In this document: positions 14,051 to 36,642 of the stretch, one piece after another
Numbering within the stretch: the stretch's first letter is position 1
How the letters are laid out: each line of letters starts with the position of its first letter
NCBI GenBank assembly: GCA_964035545.1
Contig: OZ037767.1
Span: 8,504,581-8,568,580, forward strand
From: Bugula neritina
Taxonomy: Eukaryota > Animalia > Bryozoa
Reading direction: 5' to 3'
DNA length: 64,000 bases
Program-made: the position numbers and the translations under genes
Notes under the pieces: generated by a model
The model's database searches: none
What the model was told of the DNA's origin: nothing
What the model saw: only the letters and a program-made list of their open reading frames with translations

Positions 14051-17000
14051 ATGTCTGCGCCCTGTGCCCAGAGTGTCATGGTAGTCAAGTCATACTTTTC
14101 CTAATATAATTAAATATTTATAGTCATTATTTACAACTACCATTTTAAAAGCGATGCCTTTACAACTTTTAATCTAATAAGTTGTTTTTTACAGTATTAA
14201 CAATAATTGCTGAAAGATCAAGTTTACACATAGTTATTTATGTTTTAACTTTAAGTTTAAGTTTAATTGAATTTGATGCCAAACTCAAACTGGGTCTGAT
14301 GTCTTGGATTCCATTGATTCAAACCGGAGGGGGTCGCCAAACTGATTCAAAATTGGTTAAATTGAAAGTTGCCGGGACCTAATGAAGTTTAAAAATCTAA
14401 CATGTTCATAGACGTAGAAGGTACTGCAAGATGAAGATGTGCTAGGACCAACCCTGTTTTTATGCTATATTAATGATCTTCCAAATTTTCTGTCGTGCAA
14501 AGTTAGCCTCTATGCTGATGATACTCTACTTTACCAAACTGTGAACACCACTAAGGATACAGAAGTGTTCCAAAATGACATCAACGATTTCTATACATTG
14601 GTCTAAAAAATTGGAAATGTCCTTCAATGAAAAGAAATGCCAGGCAAATAATTTGGTAAAGGGATCTCCATATCACATTACAAACTCGGTATCACATGCC
14701 TTGCATGGGAAGAAAACTCCAAGTATCTTGGGGTAGCAATCCAGTCGGACCTAAGATTTGATCAGCACATAAGTGGGAAGTGCACCAAGTCCCAGAAAGT
14801 CCTTGGAGAGATTAAGCACTTGGTTTATGATGCTTCAAAGGACGCTAAGCTACTGGCTTATACAAGTCTATGCAGGCCTATACTTGATTATGCCAATGTG
14901 ATTTGGCATCCTGGGACTAAAAGCAAGGTGCATGATATAGAGCTGGTCCAGAGCAGCGTCATACAGTTCATAAGCAATATAAAGGGACACACTGACAGTG
15001 CATCTGGGGCAAGGAATGAGTTAGGACTCTGGTCGCTGGAAGACAGAACAAAAAACCACTGACTCTTCCAATTGAGGATCAGCACCAGACTCTATCCAGA
15101 GCCTATGATGAGATTATTGAAGACAGTGTAACACTTGTAACTGTAACCAGCGGCTGCCAGAGGAGAGCTCACCTCGATATCAGCAGGAAAAGCAGGTTCC
15201 ACACTAGCTTCCTGCCACAAAAAGTTCGTGAGATGCGCGGATAATATAATAAATAATTGCACAACAGCAAATGCTGACCCTGGCCTAATATAAGTTGTCA
15301 CTAAGGGCTTCTCTATAGACGTTCCAGTTGCTGCGAAAGTCCTACCTCAAATGAGGTAATAAACTGAGGTAACTTTTAGTTTTATGTTACCTTAATTTTG
15401 AACTTGAAGTTAAACTTAATCTTTAAGTTTAAGTTTAGGTTTTAGTTTATGTTTATTTTAATTTAATTTTATGTTTATATACATTTGTCATTAATCATGA
15501 ATATTAGAATTATTGTTATCATTATGTTTTAATATTACAAACCTGAGTGTTGTAATGCAGTCAAATCTTAAAGTAAATTTGATCAACATGAACATGAGCA
15601 TATAAGTTATCACATTTGAAAAAGATGAACTCTTGAGTCATGAGGCCTCGAAAGTATTCAATCAAACATGTCCTGCCTAAGGCCCCAGAGATGGTAGACT
15701 ACCTGCTTACACTGTTTCGTGCCGTCCCATACACGAATATGCAATCCTGTGGGTGTGTGGGATCCAACAATAGGTAGAGACAGTGAGTATCTAGAAATGA
15801 TGCACCACAGGGCTGTTAGGTTTATTGCTGGATTAACTGGATGGGAAAGTAATACTGAGGCACCTGGCCTCTAGTCTCTTAAACCGAGGCACAAGACTTT
15901 TCATGGAAAGGCTGCAGGAAAAACTAAAAGAACCACACTCAATCAATGTTGGCACCCATAAACGGCATACCGTGAAATCGCAAGAGATTGTCAAAATATG
16001 TTAATAACCATTAGGTCTGCTGCTCGGTAAGCTTATATCTGTATAAGCAAACTCACTAGTATATTATGGTAGTTTCTTACAAGTCTCCTTTCTATAATGC
16101 TGATGGTGTATGGGGTTAAGTCACAACTAAACAGCTATTTGACATTACAAAGGATTCTATACAACACATTCGGAGTGGCAAGTTTTGAATATACCATATG
16201 TTATATATAAACTTGCTACTCTCTAACCATTTATTATTTTTCTCATTGTTTTTTATTTTTATTTTTTTTATTAAATGTTTTCCACTATGAATATTATAAC
16301 CTTGTTGTGCTTGCACTTCTCTTTGGTGGTCTTGTATTTACGATTATCTCATTTAGAGAAGCATGGTTTATAATACTAGTACAATTGAATGATAATTAGT
16401 TCGTAGAACTTCAATGATACTACTGAGGTCATAGGTTTTGACAGTAGCATTTGAAAACAGTGCTGGATTTATATGCTATCCAAAAACAATAGAATTATCA
16501 TTTTAGTTAGCAATTTTTTAAAGTTTGACAAAACTGAAATGTAAGCATTAATATAAAGTTTGTTAAAAGAGTAACCTTAATAAATTATTATTATAAAAGA
16601 TGTTTAACTGTGGAATTATTTTGGGACTTTCACGTTTCAAATCACAATCATGTGGTAAAATACAGAAAATTGACACATCACATTTTGATTGTGAGTTTGT
16701 GTATGGTTGATTTGAATGATGTATATTGTAAAATTATTGTATATATATACTGTATGGTGAATGGTAACTTATATCTCCACAATGGGCTTCTTTCTACATG
16801 CTGGCTATTTTTATCCTTATAACTATAAAACAAATAAAGGCATTGCTTCTGCCTTTGTTAGTCTGAATTTATGAAAATTAATTGCTTTATATGCGAATTA
16901 AAATTATTCAAGTTCTAAAGATGTTTGTAAACTTTTTGTCACAGATTTTTCTTGTATATAGTTAGATATGCTTACCAATACTTCTACAGGTGCTGCCTGA

Positions 17001-20000
17001 ACCATTAGCGCTGCCATACTGTGTATCTACTATGAACTCGTTGCTCACTAAACTTGGGCTCCTAGCTAGGACAAGTGGACCTAGGACTGTATGCTCTAAC
17101 TATGAAAGGTATGCTGTTCTCTATCTTACTTACACTGTCTTCTTATTGATATTATCTCATTTGATTCCCCCTGGGTTTTAGTAATTATCATTTTAAAGGC
17201 ATCGATGCTGTAGCCTAGGATATTGTGATTGTTATTGTACCTGATATGCTGTGTAGCATGTAATTGATACTTTTCATTCTATTAAATTAGTTTTTACTTG
17301 AGGTTTTCTGCTATGAGATTGCTTCAACGGTGAGACTAGCTATATTCAGCAATGTGTTCACTTGTTAGAGTTGTAGTACCTACATTTAATTCAGGTAAAA
17401 TGTAGATCATGTATAAACTCATATATAGGAATATTCCCCTCTGTTACACAGAAACTATGCCACTTGTTACTGTATTGTTTATACTAACAGAGTTGCTTTC
17501 TACTGATGTACACACTCCTTCGGCATGTCTCATTTCTAAGTTTCCAAATTCACTAATCAAAACTAACTCTAGCAAATGCTGTGTAAAAGAATAGGCATGA
17601 GCAAATGCTGGAAATATGCCAAGAGAATTATTGCCTATAAGACGCCATCTTCTACCTTAACAAACACTTTTGTCTGATAAATTTCTTGATTTAATTTCTG
17701 CACAAATACAAATCAATTATTGCATGAGTAAAACTTGCATATCTGAACTGAGAGTTATTCTCACCAAGTAGGTTGTTCTAAAATATGGAGCTATCCAATA
17801 TTTAAGTTACCCTATGTCTATACCCTAAACTGTAGATATGAAATACAACTTTTATTATAAATTTTCTTCACATTTGCTTAAAGTTTTCATCCCATGATAA
17901 TATATGGTTTTATGTTCGCTGTGGTCTGCTCCACTCACCATTTTGGCAAATGATTTTTAAAGGCTTCTGTTTTTTGGGGGGTTTCCTGTATTTAATCCTG
18001 GCATTACCAAAGGCCCTGCCAGCATTCGAACTCATGACCTAGCTTTTGCTGAGTCAGTACTCTAACCATTAGACCTTGGCTGCCCCATAATATGCATTCT
18101 GTATTATGGAACCGCATATAGATGTTTAAACTTCAATGCTTTATAAAATTTCTACATGGAGTATCTTTGATATATTCAGCACTATACAATAATTACTACA
18201 ATTATTGACCATTTTATATAACGTATTGAGTTGAATTTCTTTGATTTAGACTATTTAGTAACCTTACAACAGAGACTAAGACATTAGCCAACCAGGCACT
18301 CAATACACTACATCCACACAGATGTGCTTCATCTCGGTTATTCTCTTCAGTCACTCAGGTAAGTATTTAGTGACCCAGCTTCGAAATGATATAACAACGT
18401 AAATTATATTCTATAATTCCATTCATTATAAGATTAAGTTTAAAATTATATTATGTCCTTAAATAAAGATGTATAATAACATAATATGTAATAATTTGAT
18501 GTAATATACTTTGTACTACTGAAAAGATCATGTAGTAGCCAAACCTACTTCATCATCTGATTATGATAATTCTTAACTGGCTCATTCATAGTACATCTAT
18601 TTTAACCACTTCCCAGCTTTAATGGGCTGCATCTAATTTAATGTACCTGACTTTCTTACCTTATGTCCGTAGCTGGTAGAGGGTGGGGTGTAGTACTCCT
18701 CCACACTTGCTCGTACCGCTTTGGTAGGAGTTGCTGGTGGCACGCTAAACTTCCCTGAAGTCAAACCCCCTCGACTGTCTGTCTGTGCACTCGGTTCTCT
18801 CATAACTACGTTCTTCTATTTCTCAGCTTGTTCTTTCTCTCCTGCTTTAAATTATTTGTACAGCCTTGAAATGCGCTTGTATTTTATATACTTGGCATCA
18901 GGAGCTAGAGTATTTGTGTAAAGATAATTGATATTCTTCCATTGGGGTTTGGGTCTCTTTTAGATAGGTACTCACTTGATTATAAAACAAACAAAACCAA
19001 GTCTCAAAAAGTTCACTGTTATTCAATACTTGAGCTAAAAGTACAGATACTAAATTAATATTCTACAGACACTCACTGTTCTAAATCCTGTTTAGTAGCT
19101 TTTAAAACTATTAGAGTTTCTACTTCAGTAAACTGAATAAATTCAATTAGATTTTGCCACACAGTACAGTACGCCACTTGTGATAGTACTCAACACCTTA
19201 CCTTGTACACCTCTAGCTACCTCCCTCTCAGATGCTGAGTACAAGCGTTGCACACACTAGCACTCAGTGGTGTGCTGCTATAGATTATATATTCTAGGAA
19301 ATATTTCCTACTTTATCCTAGGAAGATGACACTTCATTAGCTGCCCAGTCTCTCCTCAATACTTTTCAAAATAATTAGGATTTTGAATCAATAGTCACAT
19401 TGCATGTTATCTAATAATCTCAAAGATGCATCTATTTCTGTGTTGTGTATGATAAGTCCTTCATACCTGAATATAGTTCTCATGTCTTTAGGAGTTCATT
19501 CACATTTTGCTTTAATAGCTACCTATTGGGCACATGCTAACACACACAGGCACATATACACACATATATGCATATCATATGATATTAATATGAGGGAGCA
19601 GCCGTGGTCTAGGGGTTAGAGCGTTCGGAAGTTGTGGGTTCAAACCCTGACCAAGGCCATTGGTGATGTTAGGAAGAGCATCCAGTCATAATTGCTCCCT
19701 GTGCCTCATTTAAACAAGTCCTTAGCCCGTTCTAGCAAAAACCCTTACCATCAGGGGTTTCTCACAGGGATAGCGACTATAAACTTGCGTGAGTTTTTAT
19801 ATGATATTAATAGCAACAAATACACAGGTATATATTAAAATAAGGAAACCTTAGTGCAAACCTACAAAAACATTTCTAGTTAATGTTTATATATAATGAC
19901 AATTTCTCTCAATGCAAAATATTAGCATCTTTTCAACGTGCTGTAAGAGCTCAGTATTACTATTTAATTTGGACACCTTTAAATTTTAATGTGCTACTAG

Positions 20001-21719
20001 CAAATCTCATGCATTATGTAATATATCCAGGCAGCACACACACAGATCAGCTCTAACATATTATTGTGACATTTAGAGGTAAAATATCTGTAGACTTGAT
20101 AGTCATAATATCAGAGAAAGCAAACCTTGGCGAACAGAATAAGCATAGCATACGCAAGAATAAAAGATATAAACTGCATTTTTACATTGCATTTTAATAC
20201 AGGATTCATCTCCCTCTGCTGGTGCTCCTGAACCGGATGACCTGTATAAAACTATACAAGTGGAGGTGCGAGGTCATGACCCTTCGGTGTTAAAAAGCTA
20301 CGAGTTCTTTGCAACAGAAGCTGCTAAGCTACTCAACATATTGCATACCAGGTATAGTTGTACATCAGGGCTCTCCTAAAGCAAGTGTGTTGCCCCCCCC
20401 CCCCTGATATTCTGGGAATACATTGCATGTTATATTTTAATTCTATTCTCATGATATTCTATCCAATATAAACTAACAAAATCCATTAATAACTTGATTA
20501 TAGTAATTATGTAATTGTTGCATTATGTGAACAGGCAACATTCCTTTACTAGCTGAAGTTACCAAAGTACATTATATTTTTTGTTCTTAAGGCAAACACC
20601 CACACACTTGGTTTACAAGAGAGTTTTCGAAACTATCACTGCGTTTCCATTATCGCATTATGCGAATGGATTTTTTCATTCGGCTAATGGAAACAGTTAC
20701 ATCGGATGAAACCGCAACTATAAGGTAATGCAAACCACAAACCACAAATAATCCGTACGAAGCATTCATTCGCATTATGCGCAGTCATGGAAACGCAGTG
20801 TATAACAAAAAATCGGTAATTTTATATTTTAGCTAAATTCTGTGGGAAAAGTTTAGTTTTTCTGCAAGAAATTGCCTTACTGTCTTTGTAGGTAGCATCT
20901 CAGTTGTGTACATAGTTCTGGGGTAATGTGAGGATAATTCCTGAAACAGTAGCTGCCTTCAGTTTTCACCCACATTATAGTTGAATATTAAATTGTGGGT
21001 AGTAATGTGAAACTTCTACCCAATTGGGTGGATTTGCCATACTATCTTTGGGAAAGTTTATCAGTAAATGCACCTATTTCAGTGAAACTCCTCCAAAGAT
21101 AATCGACAAGTGGACACTACTCAAGTCTAGACACAATTATGGCAAATATCATAAAGTACAGTATGAAGCTAGAACTCATTTCAAGGTTATAAATGTAAGT
21201 GCACAACCTTGTTGCTATTAATGCCTAGCCGAAGCTCTCGGCCAGTTTTTGCCTTTTCAGTTTTAGAGTTGGCAATACACAATGCTGCATTCTATGGAGA
21301 TATTTAGTAACACTTACAATATGAATAGACTTGGTCTACCACACTGCTGTGTACTGTATGTGTATATCTTTCAGCTCACGAATCTAACTGGATCAACTGC
21401 AGATACATATCTTGAATACATACAGAGAAATTTACCAGAAGGTGTAGCTATGAAAGTCACCAAGGTATTATGTTGTAGTATTTGCAGTTATTGACTTGTA
21501 ATAGCTTTTAATCAATAATGGTTGAAAATTAACATAATTTCCATAAAACTGACCTTTGCATTATGTACCAAAAAACTCCAAACCCTTGAGGATAATTTTT
21601 TTAAAAAACATTTTACGAAAAATTCAATTTATTTGCTGATATGTTTACAGACGAGGATAGAAGCACTTCCTGCTCATATCAAACCACCAAGGCCATCGCA
21701 AGAGCACGCAGTGGAATAA
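14051..21719 (+). CDS. MRPS10: Mitochondrial ribosomal protein S10 (uS10m); start either 14051 or 17032
   Basis: Exons (14051-14080 putative), 16990-17108, 18250-18358, 20203-20351, 21083-21194, 21375-21464, 21651-21719. Motifs [68 protein letters not shown]; R/S/L-rich presequence. Confidence 0.93.
14437..15290 (+). mobile_element. 5'-truncated, degenerate CR1/L2-group LINE (reverse transcriptase C-terminal part)
   Basis: [53 protein letters not shown], with frameshifts and stops. Confidence 0.9.
15555..16090 (+). mobile_element. Second, more decayed LINE fragment of a related family
   Basis: [29 protein letters not shown] are homologous to the 3' part of the neighbouring LINE; heavily disrupted. 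Confidence 0.7.
18005..18086 (-). mobile_element. tRNA-like SINE head fragment
   Basis: Reverse complement GGGGCAGCCAAGGTCTAATGGTTAGAG..GAGTTCGAATGC carries A/B boxes and the same head as the SINE family; no clean acceptor stem. Confidence 0.6.
18660..19500 (-). pseudogene. Decayed multi-exon gene fragment, antisense, nested in an MRPS10 intron
   Basis: Exon-like blocks 19277-19202, 19132-19077 and ~18975-18660 on the minus strand with GTAAG/GTGAGT donors; coding-like composition but in-frame TAG/TAA stops. Confidence 0.45.
19593..19797 (+). mobile_element. tRNA-derived SINE (best-preserved copy, ~205 bp)
   Basis: Pol III A box (GTGGTCTAGGGGTTAG) and B box (GGTTCAAACCC), core GGTGATGTTAGGAAGAGCATCCAGTCA, tail TTCTCACAGGGATAGCGACTAT; at least 4 other copies in the window. 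Confidence 0.85.
20637..20800. mobile_element. MITE with CACTGCGTTTCCAT terminal inverted repeats (copy 2)
   Basis: Perfect 14-bp TIR CACTGCGTTTCCAT...ATGGAAACGCAGTG, flanked by TAT on both sides. Confidence 0.8.
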
Positions 21720-22261
21720 AATGCTACAGAAATTTTTATATTAGAAAGTTTTTATTTGAAATAAATTTAAGGATATGTCCTAATTATCAAACAATATTAA
21801 ATTATAAAATAAAACATACATGGATTTATTTTATTTCAAATTGTGTAAAATAATTTCCATGCTATTATATTTACATAGCGATATCATTAGAAAATAAAAG
21901 TGCTACTCGATGGTTAATAATCAAAACAGTGAAAACCTGTGATAGGATTTGTACCAAGTGTGAATGCTCAGGTGTAAAAATTTCAAATAAAAATTGTCCA
22001 AATACTAAAATGAATTTAAGTGGTTAAAATAATTGTATAAAAGTACAACTAAATGTGCATTAACTATTAAAGCACTTGTTAATACTGTCAGCTAATCAAA
22101 TCAAATGCCTGTAAAAATATAATTACTGTAAATAGCTTAGAGAGTCACAGGTTGCACTGAATAAGTTGAAGGTTTGCTCTGTTGGGTTCCCAGGAACTCA
22201 TTTACTACCAATTCCACTGGTGGCCAATCACCACCATTTATGCCAAATAAGGCGGTGGCGG

Positions 22262-32677
<10,416 letters not shown>

Positions 32678-34029
32678 TAGTATCTGTCGGTCAACTAGGC
32701 CTTTACATATTTAGCTGCAGTATAACATATAAGTCCTTTAGAAGCAGGCTCTATAGTATAAGGACTAAACTTAGAATCTGCTATCAGAGAAAGATTTTGG
32801 TATATGCTTTAACAATAGAGTAAGACTGCTGTGAGGTGTAGTTTGCAGAAGCCTCATCACATGACCAAAGCAAATAATCTTATCAATTTTGGCACTACTC
32901 TAACAACAATTTTCTAGCTCAAATTAGAAATTTAGATACTTTAAAATAATATTAACAAAACAATTCTAGATAATATGGCTACTTTCAAGTGCATACAAGA
33001 AAAGGAAGTAAGTCAAGTTGTGAACAATAACCAATAAAGCATACATAATAGAATCCATTCAAGTGACAACAATAAAGAGCCATTATTTGAGGTGGGCATT
33101 TTTTAAAACATCACAGTGGCATACATTTACTAGATGGCACTTTGGCTATTGCCGTGGTTTAATCAGAAGTGATGTGTGCAAAATCAAAATACTAATATCA
33201 AAATATTTATGGGTCTCTAATAATTTTTTCCATAAAGCCTAAATGGCATGATGATTTCTTAGCCAAGAGTAAGTTTTTGGAATTTTATGTAAATCGGCTC
33301 TTCAATTTTATTAACTTGATACTTTAAGAAATATTCAGCAATGGCGTACTAAGTGCTTATACTAATCAGTTTATGACAATATCCTAATGACAAAAAAATT
33401 AACTTATCTTTTAGCCTCATCAAAAATTTCACTTAGCAGCGAGAAGATGCACAAATCTTATGCTCAAGTGTTACTTTATGTTATACCCAAATCCAGCTTT
33501 GCATATGTCCCATTACTCAATTTTTAATTGAGAATTGTGCCCACTATGATGGCACTTCTTTAACCTAGTTATCAAGAGCAGATTTAAAACTTATCTTATT
33601 ACATGAAATTCAAACTAGGCAATACAATTGTGTTTTTCAGGAAATAAGCATTCAAGTAGTGACAAGCATTACCACTTCAATCAATATAGTAAAAATAGTT
33701 CCTTGGTGGAAATGCTTTAAAAAAGATAAAAACTTGATTTTTTTGTTGTCATTATTTGCTTATTGAGTAACACTGGAGTGGCAACTAGAATGTAAATCCC
33801 ACTACCACTCTGTCTAGCAGGATTGTCAGACTAAACAGTATACAAAAGTGTGTGGCCAAACTAAGTTATTTTTGTCTTGGGCTGTCTTTTCAAGAGAGTA
33901 GCTGTGAATGCTAGGTGCAACATATTATGTAATGACTTAGTGATTTTAGTATATTATAGTCAGTAATATATTTTCAACCACTTGATCTAAATTATTACTG
34001 TTCATTTCAGTGTAGGACTATAGGTGGTT

Positions 34030-34850
34030 CAATAAACAACAATCAAACTTAAATAAAAATGAGTTTGGGTTTTACTTTGTCCTCTAGTTTTGGCCTTTAG
34101 ATTAGGATTTTGCTGGGCCAAGTGAAACTGGAACTCAAAGCCAAACTGCAGGTTTAAGAGTAAAACTAAGTGCTAGTAACACTAACAGTGTTCAGCCTCA
34201 AACTAATACCATTAGTAATACCCATACTCATATCCAGATTGAGGATGATATTCATGGACTCAATTTCATTGTCATACGACATACTAATACTCATAAACAT
34301 AATCATACTGATACTGACATCCATAGTCAATATGAGCTTTAATGTCAGACTCATAGTGATATCCATACTGATAGTATTCCGCTATACTCAGTGTGAGTAG
34401 CTGTAAGTGATACTCAATCTCATACTCGTGTGATAGTCATGCCCACTTAATTTTACTAATAGTAATACTTATAGTTATACTTATACTTACAGTCATACTC
34501 ATACTGATACAAATAGTAATACTAATACTAATAGCAACAATAATACTTATACTTATAGTTATACTAAACCTTATAGTTATAGACTTACTCTCAGAACTAC
34601 CATTTAGTTTTATTCTCAACCTTAGGCTTATGGCTTATACTAATACTTATACTTATAGACTTACCCTATAGTACTACTACTAGTACTAGTAATACTATTG
34701 GTACTACTAGTACCAATAGTATAACATTAACTTAAGTATGAGTATCAGTTAAACTTAAAGTTAAAGTGAGTTAAAGTTAAATAAGTTCAAGTTGAAGTAA
34801 TAACTGATAACTATAACTATAAGTATGTATTACTATTACTATTGCTGTAT
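34030..34850. repeat. 3/6-bp periodic low-complexity mosaic, Fer side
   Basis: ATACTN/ACTTAT/AAGTTA hexamers; produces spurious I-S/I-L alternating ORFs. Confidence 0.75.
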
Positions 34851-34869
34851 TAGCAAAAAAATTTCCGTA

Positions 34870-35270
34870 CATTATAAGTGGTGTAGTATAAGGATTTACT
34901 AAGCAATGCGGGTTTTTCTTAAATTCTACTTAAATTTGAATGTTTATGAATTCAATTCAGTTTCACATTTTACTTTTAGTTCATAATTGCCTAAGCAACT
35001 GCCCAGTTATGTCTATTATTTCCCCTTGCCTACTTCCTTTCTCAGACTTAGATAGACTAAAGTTTTTTTAAGTTTTGAAAGCAATAGTTATCATCCGGTA
35101 GCCAGAATGAGACGTAAATTTGTAAAGTTAGAGATGTGAAGAAATAAGGCTTTCTGCCGCTACGTCATGAAGCAAGATGGCACATGACTTTTTAAACATT
35201 ACACTTGCTCTACAGTTACCATCAGCTTAATTAGTTAATAATTATTAGTTATAGACATATAAGTATAATT
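34870..35270. promoter_or_regulatory. Probable bidirectional promoter Fer / MRPL14 (non-coding first exons)
   Basis: Higher-complexity, CpG-containing island between two low-complexity tracts. ATTGCCTAAGCAAC X-box-like at 34986-34999, TACGTCAT CRE-like, AAGATGGC YY1-like. Both genes have acceptor sites just upstream of their ATG exons. Confidence 0.55.
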
Positions 35271-35364
35271 TCCTATACAACCTCCAAGGCCAAAGAGCTT
35301 GAAATTTAGTGCTGGTTGACATTTTGTGAAGAGGGGCTTCTAGCCTTTGTGATATTTTGGAATA

Positions 35365-35960
35365 GAACTAGAAGCAAAATGAAAATAAAAATGAAAACTG
35401 GTAGTAGTACTACCACTAGTAGTACTAGTAGTAGTACTAGTAGTAATAGTACAATTTAAACTAAAATTTAAATTATAATTGAATGTAAATTAAATTTTAT
35501 TATTATAACTATTATGATTATTTAATAAATTAATGATAATAATTATAAATATAAGTATTACTATTAGTTAATAAATAATAACTAATAGTAATAAATATAA
35601 TTAATATTATAACTAGCTATAAATTAAAGATTAACTTTAAGTACAACTATAAGTATAACTGTATAAGTACAACTATAATATTAATAATAATGATTATGAT
35701 AATCATAATGATATTCATATTGATGATTACTTAAACTTTAAAGTTGAACTTAATCAGTTAATCATAATGTCTTAATGATAACCATAATGATTAATGATAC
35801 TTTTATAACTGAAGTATAAGCCTAAGGCATAATGATACTCATACTAATAATGAGAATCTTAATCATAATGATAAATTTTGATTAATCATCATTATGATTA
35901 TAATTATCATAATTGATAATTAATATTATGCGACGACTTTTGCAATTAATATTATTAATA
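35365..35960. repeat. 3/6-bp periodic low-complexity mosaic, MRPL14 side
   Basis: AGTACT/AATCAT/AATGAT/AACTAT hexamers. Confidence 0.75.
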
Positions 35961-36642
35961 CTTTCAATTCAAATAACATTTGGAGCTTATAGTTATATTA
36001 CCTATCATAAATAAGTTTGAGCATGCCCGGGCTACCTTTGCTGTGATGAATGGAGAAAGGGCTAGTTTAAATGGCTATCAGGTACTACTAGCCATCATTT
36101 CTAAAGTAAGCAGTCTATGCCCAACAGTTGAGCTGACCAGTTGCAGATTCAGATAACAGGTTTAGATTAATGGATATTTATGACTAAGTTGGTAACATGA
36201 AATGTAGTACGTGTTGAAGGAGATTTTAGGTAAGAATGGCACAGGTAATAATGGCATAGGTAAAAATGGCACAAATGAAAAAGTAGGTAAAAATGACATT
36301 TCAGTTAATTTGTTGGTAATGGTTTCAGATGATTGAAAGGTGAGAGCCTGGGCTTCACTGAAAGTCACTCAAAGTATGAGCAAATTTAAAGATAAATTTA
36401 AATTTTAAATTAGTTGAATAAAATTGTAAGTGAGGTGCACAGAGGAAGTAATTATTGTTCTAGCAAAAAGTTTTTTTCTTTGTATTGATAACTTTTAGCG
36501 AGTGATCAAATTAAGTTTATAGATTTATTCTATTAATAGCTATATACTTATACAGTTGTATGAGTATTGCAAATAGTTTGACTAATCCTGTCTTCATTGT
36601 ATTCTAGAGCCTAGCGATATTGGATCTGATCTTCACAAGGAA

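Noticed and set aside
18005-18086. Possible tRNA gene
   Set aside because: Has A/B boxes but no proper cloverleaf; matches the head of the local SINE family
34166-34619. Ile/Ser/Leu-rich hydrophobic ORFs
   Set aside because: Translation artefacts of the 3/6-bp periodic tract
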